A DNA stretch of 64,000 nucleotides from NCBI RefSeq assembly GCF_006345805.1, contig NC_043003.1:29388001-29452000 (forward strand), given 5' to 3'. The notes under the pieces were generated by a model that was not told where the DNA came from, did not search any database, and saw nothing but the letters and a program-made list of their open reading frames with translations. The position numbers and the translations under genes are program-made. Each line of letters opens with the position of its first letter. The stretch's first letter is position 1. Shown in pieces: positions 47,105 through 59,946 of this stretch. Origin of the DNA: Octopus sinensis (taxonomy: Eukaryota).

Positions 47105-47624
47105 AGTGAGAGAGCAGCACATGCCCTGAAAGTGACACTGGGATGCAAATATATGAATCCCAGTGTACTATCATGACTACTCATCTGATAAGTTTGTACT
47201 AGACACATGCATCACAACCATATGTGTGCAACATAGTGATCTTATATCAAGACAAACAGCACACGACCTTGCAGGTGGGGCCCAGTTAGAATTTTCTTCA
47301 GGTTGAGTAGCCCATCTCAAAGGTCTCCGAATAAGGATTGTGTAAGGCTGATGAATGAAACACCATGTTTCTTGAGCTTAATTATTCAAATCTCAGAGAA
47401 TCCCTTTCAACACATGGTTATAATACCCCACTACCACCACCACTCCTGCTTGTAATCAGCCACTAAGGGACATGCTCAACTGATTAAGGTCAAACAAATA
47501 AGACAAGCAAATCTGCAGTATTGTACAGAATATTATTGTAATCCTTCTTTTACACCAAGACAAAGCATGTACATGGTAACCAGCTTAGATCAGAAGCCAT
47601 GAGATCCACTTCCTGATATTACAT
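47105..47624. mobile_element. ~555-bp (ATT)n-embedded element, copy 4 (older, with deletions)
   Basis: agtgagagagcagcacatgccctgaaagtgacactggg...gatcagaagccatgaga. Confidence 0.85.
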
Positions 47625-47699
47625 ATTATTATTATTATTATTATTATTATTATCATTATTATTATGATGATGATGATGAGGATGAGGATGCTAGTGCAT

Positions 47700-48275
47700 G
47701 CTAATTTAGTTAGCAGGTATTTCATCTTGAAATTTAGCGACAACAAGTCTTCTCAAACTCCAAGAATCTTCCATAGGATTCTTGCAGAATATAGGGTGGT
47801 ACTTTTCTGCAGGTCAACAATGCGAGTTTCAATTCTAATCTCTTTCAGTCTTTTAGGTAGCATTTTGAGAGTTGTGCCAAGTACACCATTTACTACAGGA
47901 ATAATTGTTGTCTCAGTCTTTCACAGTCTCCTCAGTTTTCTTACTAAATCCTAATATTTCTCAAGTTTTTCAATTTCCTTGGTATTGACTCTTCCATGAC
48001 AGGGAATTACAAAGTCAATGATCTTACACCACTTGTTTATTTTGTCCTCTATAATCATATCTGGTCTTCTTGCTTCAATAATAAAGTCAGTCTTTATGGC
48101 GAAGACCCACAATATCCTGTAATTATTTTCTATCACACCTATGCTTTGTGTTCTGTTATTTTGAAACCACACTCTCAGCTAATATCCCAATGTATTCTTT
48201 TGCCTACACAGTCATGCCAATGCTTATGCTCTTTTCATGCTAGCATACTGCACTCACTCAAAAGATGATTGATTC
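47700..48275 (-). mobile_element. Decayed R4/Dong endonuclease fragment
   Basis: RILWVFAIKTD..IEARRPDMII...KIIDFVIP...EKLEKY, and SARILWKIL. Confidence 0.8.
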
Positions 48276-48751
48276 CTTTGTCTCCTTTCCGTCTGAACAA
48301 AACGCCATCAGACTTATGTGAGCATGGAGAGGTAAATGTTAAAAACAATGATGATGATGGTGATGATGCATGCGTGAACATATATCTGTGTATGTGACTT
48401 TTCCATTACAAATATATGTCAATGAATTATATTGTTTTCATTTTTCCAGCAATTACAGGAAACATGTTTCACTCTTGTATAGTCTTCTTAGCAAAACCTG
48501 TCAAGAGTTGTCTCTTACTACTTGGTAAAATGGAAATAGTATTTAGTCATTGGCTGTTCTTTCCTTTTCCATACTTACTGAATATTTATTTCCAGTTAGG
48601 TTGTTAATGCCGTCTTTGCTAAATACACCAACACCAATCTCACTATTGTTTTACATGTGAAAGGTATCTCTAAATCATAGATATAATAGCCAAACTACTA
48701 TTGTTATTGAGCTGTTTGAATTTTGTTATCCTGTATTTGCGGTATCTGCAG

Positions 48752-48894
48752 AGCAAGGAAACACAGGCTGAAACATTAAAGCGACTTGAGGTGGCCAAAG
48801 CGCACAATATGGAAGCTAAAAGACTTACTGATGAGGAGAGAAAAAATATAAAAAGAAACATCAAAGATATGTACGAAGAACTTGAAACACTCAG
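48752..48894 (+). CDS. CCDC178: CCDC178-like, coding exon 7
   Basis: tatctgcag|AGCAAG...ACACTCAG|gtaagt; 143 nt, phase 0/2; SKETQAETLKRLEVAKAHNMEAKRLTDEERKNIKRNIKDMYEELETL. Confidence 0.87.
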
Positions 48895-49564
48895 GTAAGT
48901 GATGGTGGTGGTTGCAGTGGTTCTTGCTGCTGCTGTTTTTGTTTTGTTGCTGTTGTTGTTTTGCTGCTATTGATGTAGTTGTTGTTGATGTTGTTGTTAT
49001 TGCAGTTGTTGTTGCTGTTGATGTAGTCGTTGTGGTGGCAGTTAATGTGGTCGTTGTCGTTGTGGTGTTTGTTGTGATTGTTCTTGTGTTTGTAGTTGTT
49101 GTGGTGGCTCTGGTCTTTGTGCTTGTTGTTGTTGTTGTTGTTAACTCACCCAAGGGTTAGCCTTGTTACCACTCCAATCATGACCATCTTGCCTTACATT
49201 CAATTTTTTCGGGTACAGTGCATCTAAAATTGCAGTATAAAATCTATCCTTCCTTTTCTCACGATGGCAGTGAGTTATTTGAAGAGATTTGCCTGTTATT
49301 TCAATCAGGCCAAGAGACCATACAGTGGTTCTTGTATTCACTTATCATGTAAGTAATAAACTTGGAGGTAGATTTAATCCATCCTGATCCAGTTTAAAAC
49401 CCTCAGTTGGCCCTTGGCTGTCATTAACTGAGTCCACCGCTTTATGGTAAGTATTTTAACCCTGTCTCTGGTCTGGGAATATCTTGGTGTGTTGCTGCTT
49501 TCTACTGTTGTTACTCATGAGTTGTGGTTTGTTTCCTTCCTTTCTTCTTCCCAACAATCTTTCA

Positions 49565-49875
49565 AGCCCATAAAATCTCATGAGCTCTGCCTTTTCTCTT
49601 AAGTTAAATTATGTCTCATGCCTAAAGGCATATTAAAGTCTGTCTCAGACCTATAGGCTTATCAAAATCTATCTTGGATCTACATGCTTGTCAAATTCTG
49701 CCTAAGACCTATGGGTTCATTAAAGTTTGTCTTGAACCTAGGAGCTTATTAAAGTCTAGTATAAGTCCACAGGGCTTATTAAAGGATGTCTCAAACCTAC
49801 AGACTCCTTAAAGTCTGTATCAGGCCTACAGGTTTATTAAAGACTGTCTTAGGCTTACAGGCTTATCAAATCAGT
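49565..49875. repeat. Degenerate ~29-bp minisatellite, about 10 units
   Basis: Consensus like CCTACAGGCTTATTAAAGTCTGTCTCAGA. Confidence 0.75.
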
Positions 49876-49899
49876 GCTTAAGTCAGTTTCCATGGCATA

Positions 49900-50744
49900 C
49901 ACAAGGTGTTTGGGCTAAATTTGAGAGTTTTCACAAAAGGAAAAGAAAATACAAAAAGTAAAATAATTAAAAAAAATCAAAATATATGAATTTGATTGTA
50001 GCTTGTAGATAACAATTTATTCAAAGTAGCTACCCTCAGATTCCATCACACACTCAAAACAGCTTTGGAACCTAGTATATGTATTCCTCATTGTGTCTGT
50101 AAGAATATTTTCAAACAAGCAGTTGGTGTCTTTCTCATCCATGCATCACACGAAGTAATCCATGGGATTACAATTCGAAGAATTAGGAGGTCAGAAATTG
50201 GGGTTGCAGAAATTGAAGAAATTCTCTGTCACCCACTTCTGACTCTTTCCAGGGCTATGACAAGGAACTGAATCCCGCTGCCACACATATAGCCTTCCAG
50301 CAGCAACCCAGTGATTGACCATAGTCTGCAACAGCTTCACCTAACCATCTGAATTGAGCCTAAGGCCATGTTCAAAGACATGGGATGAAATACGGTGTAC
50401 ACACACAGTCAGAATGCCTGCTGTATCCCTTCCTGCTAGCCACTGTCTCATAGTCTCCATTGCAGCTGTCTGTGTCACATCTTACTGCCTTTATGGCATT
50501 CACAGAGCATTGAGCATAAGCCATTATGTTGGCGTTCTAATACCTGGCTTGAATCATCATGATGTAGATAACTCTTTTCTAATATTAAGATGCCTTCCAG
50601 TCTTCCTTGTCAGCTAAGCTTTTCTCAACTACAAATTTAATCTTTCTGCTCTCCTCCAATACCTTTGACTGTTCACCAATTCATCAAGCTGTTTCTGTAA
50701 AAAGGAAACACAAAAGAATCACCAAATTTAGCCCAAATACCATG
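49900..50744 (-). mobile_element. Internally deleted Tc1/mariner (maT/DD37D-like)
   Basis: TIR core GGTRTTTGGGCTAAATTTG at both ends; minus frames give DSCNGDYETVASRK, VWQRDSVPCHS, PPNSSNCNPMDYFV and RFQSCFECVMESEGSYFE*. Confidence 0.8.
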
Positions 50745-50961
50745 TAATTGACTGAGAGTACAAGACTTCCCTCTCAGTGGGGAGAGGGACATCTGCATGG
50801 TCATACCCAAGCTACTGATGGTAATCATTTCGGCTGAGTGTACTGGAGCAATGTGAAATGAAGTGCCCTCTCTGAAGGTACACCCTGCTACATGGTTCAC
50901 ATGACTTTATAATCATGAAGTCAATACCCTTAACATTGAATAACTTTCATAATGAGTCATA

Positions 50962-50993
<32 letters not shown>

Positions 50994-50999
50994 AAAAGG

Positions 51000-53900
51000 A
51001 AATGAAGAAAATGCTGACAAAATAATTTAAGTAAGGGAGAGTGTATTTAATTAGGTGAAAGTTCTTTTTACCGGTTGCGTATTTGTTATGCTTATCAAAA
51101 GATATTTTTTAAGAGAGATAGAGTTCCTTTCTGATAGATTTTTTCTCTTATCTGACTTTATGTTGGGTTTACTGTCTCTTATATGTGAAAAAAGAGGCTC
51201 TAGAGTTGTTTAAGATTTGCTTGGTTTCGCGCCTAAAATTTCTTGTGGACAATGGTCAATACAATTTTGATTGGTCATTATAAAGGGGTCACGTGAATGT
51301 TTGAATGGAAGTTGGTGTTGGGGTAAGAAAATAGGCTCCAGAGATGTTAAAATTTGGCTAGTGTCGCGCCTAAAATTTCTTATTGGTCATAATAAAGAGG
51401 TCACGTGGATGTGGTCATAATAGAGAGGTCACGTGAATGTTTAGAGTGAATGTTGATGTGGGTGGTGTATGGAGTTTTCGAAAATAGCTTTGTTGAAAAT
51501 TCTTATTGTTCAGGCTGGTCAGTAGACGTCATGTGGATATTTTAAATAGCTTTTTAGCACGTAGTTAAGGAGTGTATTTTCTGCTTGACTGAATTTGAGC
51601 TGGATAAGTAAGTTCGTTTAGGACAGGAAGAGCTATATGTATGTATGTGTGCGTGTGTGCGTGTGCGTGTGTGTGTGTGTTTATATGTATGTTGGGGCGC
51701 GCGCGTGTATATATGTGTGCGTGTGTGGGTACAATTTTCAATATTTATAGTTCTGCTGGCCTTGTGCCTGTATCGGGAAGCAACGTGTTTGTGTGAAGTC
51801 AATATTTACAGTCCTTTCCAAAAAATAGTGTTGGATGTTTTGCACCCGTATCAAATTATGTGTATGTGTGGAACCATATATTTGCGTGTGTCATGGTGTT
51901 AATATCTGGGTAAAAGTGTGTGTAGGGTGTGTGCAGGTGTAAGTGTGTTTGTTGTGGATTCGTGTTAGAGGGATGTGTTTAGAAGTGGTCTGTATTTATT
52001 AATAAGGTGGGATTCCATGGTTATTCGCTGGGTATGAGTGGCATTGTCTTTAAATTTGTAGAGGGGAAAGATTCTAAAATTGGGATGAAGTTGTGCGGCA
52101 CAGGTATCAATATGTGCACTAAGTGCTATTTTTCTGTATTCCTGTATTTTTATTTGGGATCTGTGGACAGTCATGCGTTGGCGGAGGCTATTTTTAGTTT
52201 GGCCTATGTAGTGTCCATTACAGCCCGAGCAAGTTAAGACATATACTAGGTTTTCTGATGCGCATGTGAAGTTGTGTTTTACTGTGAAACGTTGTCCTTG
52301 TTTAAAAAGGAATTCCGGACCTTCTATTAGGTTGATGCATATACCACAGTTGGGTCTATTGCATTTGTTTACTGTGGGTTTAGTTGTTGTGGTTGGCAGT
52401 ACTTTGGCATTTGTTAGGATGGTTTTCAATGATTTGGGTTGCCTTTTGCTCTTTATGATTTTGTGTGTTAGGAGGATTTGGTTCATTCTATGGTCCTTTT
52501 TTAATACAGGAATGTTCTGGAGGATGGTGTCAAAAGCTTCATTGTTGAGGAGGTTGTGTGTAGAGATGTATGGTAGAGTATGGGGTTTCGATGTAGCAGG
52601 TTTAGGGCGTCTAAGTTCCTGTGTGCTGAGTTTTAGGGCGCGTTGGATCCCATTGTCAATTAGTGACGTGGGGTAATCCCTGCTTGTTAATGTGTCCTTA
52701 AGTTCTTGTAGACGTAAGAGACAGGTGTTTTTATTGGAGACTATAGTGCAAATTCTCTTGGCTAAGTTGTAGGGAATGTTAATTTTAGCTTGTCTAGGGT
52801 GGCATGAATTGAAAGGGAGGTATTGCTTGGAGTCTGTGGGCTTGTAGTATATGTCTGTTTCTATTTTTTTGTTGTGAATTTTAATGAGGATGTCGAGGAA
52901 GGGAATTTGTTGAGGGCTGTATTCCATTGTGAAAATAATGTTTGTGTTGAGCCCATTTATAAGGGTGTGAAATTCTTTAAGCTTCTCGACGGTTTCGGGC
53001 CAAAGGATGAAGCAGTCATCAAGATATCTCTTCCAGTTCTTCTCTATGTGTGTGTGGAGAGTGGTGCCAAATTGGTTAAGAACGTTATTATAGAGGGTGA
53101 TTTCCAGGTATCCCATGACTAGGTTGGCGTAAGTGGGAGCTGTTTTCGTTCCCATTGCTGTCCCTGATTTCTGTCTGTAGAATTTGTTGTTGAAGGAGAA
53201 GAAATTATTCTCTAAGATGAATTTGAGTCCTTATAAAATAAATTCCTTTTTGATGCGGTGTGGGAGTTCGTTGGAGTAATTATCCAGCCAGAATTGGATA
53301 GCTTCTATTCCTAGGTTGTGGCGGATGTTGGAGTAAAGATTAACTACATCGAATGTTACTAGCAGGGTTTGTTCAGCAAGAAGTGTGTTGGGGAGGTGGT
53401 TGAGCATATCTAGATCGTCCCTTATGTAGCTTTTAATGTGTTTGAGGAAGGGCTTGAGAAGGGTATCAATGAAGTTGCTAAGGCGGTGGGTTTCGCAAGC
53501 GGGACCTGCTATTATAGGTCTCAATTTGAGGTCATTTGGTGAGGGGACATTGATTACAGAGTTTGTGGCTTCCTTGCATGCCTTACTTATTAATTCGCTT
53601 TTATGAATTTTTGGAATACCGTAGAAGAGGCTGGCTTTACTAGTGAAATTTGTGATGAAGTTGAATTCTTTGTTAGTGAGTTCTTCTTTGTGGGGGTTGA
53701 TCAGGGTTTTTAAGTTTCTCATAATTTTCTGTTGATTGTAGTGTTCAGCCTTTTCGTAATATGTTCCATTTTCCAAGGTGGAGAGTGCTAAGTTGATATA
53801 GTATTCTGTCTCCATTAAGACTACTGCACTTCCTTTATTGGCCTCTTTAATGGTGATAGATCTTTCATTTTTTAATTTGTTTAATTCTTCCCACTCTTTC

Positions 53901-54425
53901 TTGTTGAGGTTTGGTTTGGGTTTTGGTTTGTGTAAGTGTTGGTAGGGGAAGTTTGTAATGTGCTCACAGAATTCGTCTAGGATTTTATTTCTACCTTTTG
54001 GTGGGGTGTAGTTGCTTTTATTTCTAGCTAGTGACTCATCCTCATTGTGCTGGTCGAATAGTTCCTCACTAAGTCGCAATTTTCTACAAAATTCTGTAAT
54101 GTCTTCCTTCATTTCGTAGTAGTTTGGACGTGGGGGGGTTGGTGTGAATTTAAGACCTTTGGAGAGTAAGTTGAGAAGGTTGGGGTTGGGTTCTGTATTG
54201 GTTAAATTGATGACTTTAATTAGTTTCTGTTTCTCTTCCCTGTCCTGTGTTATTTTGTTTGCCTGTATCTGTGTGCTGTGTCTAAAAAATGGTTGGGGTA
54301 GAGGGGTTGTCTGTTGGTGTTAAGAGGTCCTGTGTGTTTGTTATATTCCTTGTTGTGAAATATGGTTCGGGTTCGTGGTTGTGGATAGAATGGGGTGTTC
54401 CTGTATTGCGGGTGTTGGTGTGTAT
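51000..54425 (-). mobile_element. Penelope-like element (RT + GIY-YIG, Neptune-like), with 3' terminal-repeat region
   Basis: ORFs 53231-54112 and 51965-53155 are in one frame separated by a single TAA; LSKGLKFTP, LRPII, DVVNLY, GTAMG, RYLDD, CxxxxCxxC linker, LVYVL...YIGQT. Both ends lie in TA/CA microsatellites. Confidence 0.92.
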
Positions 54426-54532
<107 letters not shown>

Positions 54533-54548
54533 TATGCATGTATGTATG

Positions 54549-54583
<35 letters not shown>

Positions 54584-54666
54584 TTATATATGGCTCACTA
54601 TGAAGGTTATTTCAGGTTTGTTTATAAAAATATTATTTATGTAGTTTATGTATATATATATAATAT

Positions 54667-54711
<45 letters not shown>

Positions 54712-55242
54712 TATATATATATAGTACAAAGTAAGATAGGGGTTATGGGTGTAACCCAATATGGGATATCATTTATCCAATATACTGTTGGTAAAGTACC
54801 CAAATTCTTAATACATAAATGTCTTTAATTGCAATGCAATTAAGTCATTTATTGTATTAAACGGGTGAAAGTAAAGAAATATTTTTACCATAAATTTATA
54901 ATACAAATAAGAAAATGGAGAAACAAATTTGGTTTGTTCATCAACTTACAGATATTATAATATTGGATTATTTATTCATTTTACAAATGAGAACATCAAA
55001 AGGCATACAAAAATATTATATAAATCAATAGATAAGATAATAATACAAATAAGATTTTAAAAGTCATAGTATAAATTAATGAAATCCTAAAAATTACTTC
55101 TTACAGCTGTTTCAGCCTATGGTGAAAAGTAAATCTAATTTTCATTGCCTATAGATGTCAACAAACTAAGGTTGTAGGCATTTAAAAAAATATAATACTT
55201 ATAAGTATGATACACATCTATTTTTTTTTTTTTGATTTACAG

Positions 55243-55396
55243 AAAATCAGTGAAGATCGCTGCAGAGAGCAATGTACAGATGAAAAAGGAAATCATTGAG
55301 ACTAAACAGAACATCAGGGATAATGAAGAGATGAAAACTGTGTTTGAAGTGAAGATAGATAACTATAGGTCTAGTCTTCAGATCCTCAACATGGAG
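55243..55396 (+). CDS. CCDC178: CCDC178-like, coding exon 8
   Basis: tttgatttacag|AAAATC...ATGGAG|gtttga; 154 nt, phase 2/0; KSVKIAAESNVQMKKEIIETKQNIRDNEEMKTVFEVKIDNYRSSLQILNME. Confidence 0.85.
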
Positions 55397-55484
55397 GTTT
55401 GAAAATTATATCAATATTTCTGACTCCTAGGCAGTGAGCTGGCAGAATTGTTTGCATGCCAGACAAAATGCTTTATGGCATTTC

Positions 55485-55565
<81 letters not shown>

Positions 55566-56039
55566 TCCCCCCTCTCTCTCCCATGCCAGAATCTGAAGAT
55601 CCATGGATTTTCATGGGAAAGATTCAGCAGTAAGTTTTCTGTTGCCTCTTGCTGGTTTATTTATAATGTATTCTGTCAGTCTCCTACTCCCTTTAGCTAA
55701 CCTTTTAGGTATTTAACCTTTAGACATGGGGACTGGTTTATGTGGCATTAGAACATGCCCATGCACTGGTTTGCTTGTGTGACAGATGTTTTAGGACCAG
55801 TTATCCCGTGAGTTCTGTATGCATTAGTCACCGGCCCATCTTCTAATGTCTGACCCACAATTGGAGCCTTTGACATATACTATCACCTTAAACCAAAGCA
55901 AACTCCATACTCTCCCAAAATCCTGAAATCCTGAACTGGAGCCTCACCACCAAATGCAAATTAATCCTTTTAATACCAACCACCTTGAGATCATCCTGGA
56001 TTTATCATACAAATTTCATGTTTTAAAGTGATTTAAATG

Positions 56040-56370
56040 AGTATTTAGTGGGTAAACTTCTGTTTATGGAGCTATAGCAAAGAACAAACCAAATTTCAAT
56101 TAGGGAGCAAATATTTAAGAAAAAGTGGAAGTAGATTGGTAGCACAATTAGAAAAGACACACCAAAATGTAATGAAAAGTGCTTTACAGTGGAATCCGGA
56201 TGGATATAGAAAGAAAGGTAGGCCTAAGAACTTGTGGCGTAGATCAACACAAAAGGAACTAGAGAAAGGGAGACATTCATGGCAGAGTATAAGTACAGAA
56301 GCGAAAAATTATGCGACATGGAATTCAATTATAAGTGGCCTATACTCCGCGTTGGAGGGTTAAAGGCAGA
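56040..56370 (+). mobile_element. RTE LINE 3' fragment (second family)
   Basis: SALQWNPDGYRKKGRPKNLWRRS...WNSIISGLYS. Confidence 0.8.
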
Positions 56371-56519
56371 AAAAAAAACTTCTGTTCTAATAGATAGTGC
56401 CCTATGTTGTAGCCCGCTACGTCTTGTAATCTCTTATATGTGTCATCTCTATGCTATTGTCCAGAACCCTATATATTGTATTAAGGATGGATAGAAAACT
56501 AAATACATTCCATCAAATG

Positions 56520-56870
56520 TGCCTCAGAAAGATCCTGGGGTTTGTTTGATGTGATTGTGTCACAAATGAGATTCTGAGAAGAGTAAGGTCATGACTAATG
56601 TAAGAGATTGCAGCAGAGTGCTGATTCCACCCGGCTGGCCACATTCTCTTGCTAGCTGGTCAACAGCACTCAGAAACATCCATGACTTGTGTGCCACCTG
56701 AAAACATGCATAAAAGGGGCTGGTCAAAGTTCACTTGGTGATTGACGTTTCAAGATGGCCTGAAGACAGTCAAGGTCATGTGAAATAGATGTGCAAGAAT
56801 AGTAGCTGATTGATTCCACTGAAGAAAACTTGCAGCTCAATGCACTGAGAAGCACAGAAGGACCTACAAC
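56520..56870 (+). mobile_element. Decayed RTE 3' fragment (third family)
   Basis: KILGVC...TNEILRR...LAGHIL...RKLAAQCTEKHRRT. Confidence 0.6.
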
Positions 56871-57319
56871 ACACACTGCCTCATACTACTCCACACTGCC
56901 ACTAAACACTGTCAACAAACTACACTACTATACACCAGATTACTACACCTCACACACTAGAATTCTTCCCTTTATATATATATATTCACAAAGTAGAGTA
57001 ATCATCCAACACCACTCCAGACTAGACTTTTACACAAAACTCCAAACTAGTACACACCACCAGTACTACCGTCACTGCCATCTCCACAAGTATCATTATC
57101 ATCATCATCGTCATCATCTCCCCCCCACCACCACCACAACAACAACAACAAAACCATGTATGACTACTGTTGACACAATTGCCATTATCATTTTCATAAT
57201 CGTCACTCTGCTACTGTCACCATCACCACTATTATCATCATCATCATCCCAACCACCAACCACCAACCACCACCACCACCACCACCACAACTGTCACTAA
57301 CTACTACTGCTACTTCTAA

Positions 57320-57634
<315 letters not shown>

Positions 57635-57643
57635 TCTCAACAG

Positions 57644-57739
57644 TACAAGGAGCTAACCCAGAGATTGAATTCACAAGTGAAGACAAATAATCAACTTAAG
57701 AAAGAAAACGCTAAATTACAGAAAACTCTACAAATAAGG
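57644..57739 (+). CDS. CCDC178: CCDC178-like, coding exon 9
   Basis: ctattctcaacag|TACAAG...ATAAGG|gttagt; 96 nt, phase 0/0; YKELTQRLNSQVKTNNQLKKENAKLQKTLQIR. Confidence 0.82.
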
Positions 57740-57994
57740 GTTAGTATTTTTTTTTTGATTTTTAGTCATGTTTTATGTTCTAATCAGGAGAGGGAAGATT
57801 TGTACCCTTGACCCTTTACAGGATTTTTCATAATATAGAGTAAAGTAACAAGCCAGAAACCTGGTTCAAATGCTTGCAACAGAGAGGACCTAGCTAAAAG
57901 TACCAAAGTAGCTCATGGTGAAATTTGTGCTCAGAATGCAAAGAAGTGGGACAAATACTGCTGTCATATATGATGTTCTTAGGATAATGACTCC

Positions 57995-58320
57995 CTTCAG
58001 TCACAAATGACCTTGGGATTGTACCAAGAAAATTCCCCTCCAAGGCACAAGTTTGAGTAAAGTTGTTTGTGGAAGACTAGCACTTACCTGTGCATACCAG
58101 TCTCCCCTTGCCACACTACTGATGTTGTCCATGCAAAAGCAAAAACTGATACAGCTTGGCACCAGTGATGTTGCAACTCATTTCTGTGCATGAGTGAACT
58201 GCAGCATCATGATATAAAGTGTCTTGCTCAAGAACACAACATACATCCCAGTCCAGGAACCAAACTCACACCTTCATGATTGTAAGCCAAACACTCTAAC
58301 CATTAAGTTATGCGCCTTCA
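57995..58320 (-). mobile_element. SINE family C
   Basis: Matches 21783-22107. Confidence 0.8.
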
Positions 58321-58349
58321 AATGTCTGATGTTCTTAGAATTTCACTAA

Positions 58350-58760
58350 ACCACCATCTCAGATTGCCTTGCCCATTCCCATCCTCATCACTGAGAGTCA
58401 GGGATTATGGTTGTATGCAACATCTGCTGTCTCTATCAATTCCTGCTTCTGGCCAATGTGCATTCAGCCAGAAGTCTTTCAGTATATTCTTTGATTTTGA
58501 CTAGGCAGCATCTTCTCCATCTTTCCTTGTTGCATTTCTCAATGACTGTTCTTCCTAGAATGTGGATGCTAAAGTTCTGGGCCCTGGTGACATGACAGAA
58601 ATACTGCCGCTTTTTCTACTTGACTGTAGCCAAAATTCTTTTTCTGTTCGCATTTCCCCCAAGTACTAACTCATTTGTTGAATGGTCAGTTCAGCTGATC
58701 CTCAGTACTCTTTGCTTGTGCATTGTTTCAAATACTTTGAATTTGACAGTTACTTGCTCC
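58350..58760 (-). mobile_element. Decayed RTE 3' fragment
   Basis: RVLRIS.TDHSTNELVL...KRQYFCHVTRAQN...HILG...KIKEYT. Confidence 0.7.
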
Positions 58761-58929
58761 CAGAGTCTAGTTTTTACACCTATACATTGCAACAAGCCAA
58801 ACTAGTGTCTTCAGAAGCTTTAATTTAATGTTATTACTTAGAGCTCTGTATGATGAAAAACAAAGTTGGCCTCAGCATGATTTGAATCTAGAGAGCCCCA
58901 ATGACCTTCAAAATACTGTAGCCGTTTAA

Positions 58930-59135
58930 GTGGTGAGCTAGTAGAATAGTTAACATAGGCAAAATGCTTAGCAGAATTTCATCCGTCTTTATGTTCTTAG
59001 TTCAAATTTCTCCGAGGTCAATTTTGCCTTTCACCCTTTTGGGGCTGATAAAATGAGTGTCAGTTGAGCACTGAGGTTTATATAATCATCTTATTCCCTA
59101 CCCTGAAGTTGTTGACCATATGCCAAAATTAGAAA
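58930..59135 (+). mobile_element. SINE family A
   Basis: Family A motif series. Confidence 0.75.
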
Positions 59136-59339
59136 CCAATATACTGTAACCTTGACATAGTTGTTCTGAAATACTTCTCACAACACTGTGGAGTAAGCCA
59201 TTTCTCTGTGAGACTGTCATGAATCTTTCTTCTTGCAGTCATTGAACCCATCAGATCTAGTCAACCCATCCAACTCATACAAAGGACATGGGTGTTTAAA
59301 CAATGATGATGATGATGATTGATGATGATGATATATCTA

Positions 59340-59388
<49 letters not shown>

Positions 59389-59436
59389 GTCTATATATAC
59401 ACACACACACGCACGCACGCACGCACATACACATGC

Positions 59437-59700
59437 TACTCCTCTAAATGAAAACGTTACCTGTCATTGTGGTTTTGTGGCACGGAGCAAAGCAAGCCTG
59501 GCCATCTACACAGAAAAACACATAATAAATGCTCTACAAGGACTCAAGCAAATTGAATCCTCAACTTGTTCTATTTGCCAAAAGGTTTGCAAGGCAATAG
59601 CAGGCCTCAAGAGACACATGCATGTCCATAGAGCATGATTTACTGAACTCTCATTTGTCTTTAACAATGAGAGAATCCATCATATATATGTATATACATA
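59437..59700 (+). mobile_element. LINE 3' terminus encoding C2H2-like fingers
   Basis: CHCGFVARSKASL... and CSICQKVCKAIAGLKRHMHVHRA*; such tails occur on some RTE-type ORFs. No splice acceptor in phase with the host gene. Confidence 0.55.
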
Positions 59701-59946
59701 TATGTATAAGTATTTGTATATATATATACATATATATATATAAAGTAACAAACTAGGGAAAGGAATTCCTTAAAGGGTAGTGTAAAATATCCAATTCAGT
59801 AGTATGTCAGTTGGATACCACAAAAATATGGGTATAATGCAAATTACAAACAATAAATTATCTCTAGAGATTCAATTGACAATCCAATCATTTATATTAT
59901 AATGTTGCATAATATACTATGAATATAACATAAAAAGTCATTAAAA

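Noticed and set aside
49565-49875. CRISPR-like array
   Set aside because: Repeats are contiguous and degenerate with no unique spacers; eukaryotic context.
59303-59638. Host C2H2 zinc-finger gene exon
   Set aside because: First finger is broken, there is no usable acceptor, and it is followed by a short tail into TA repeats; better explained as a LINE 3' end.
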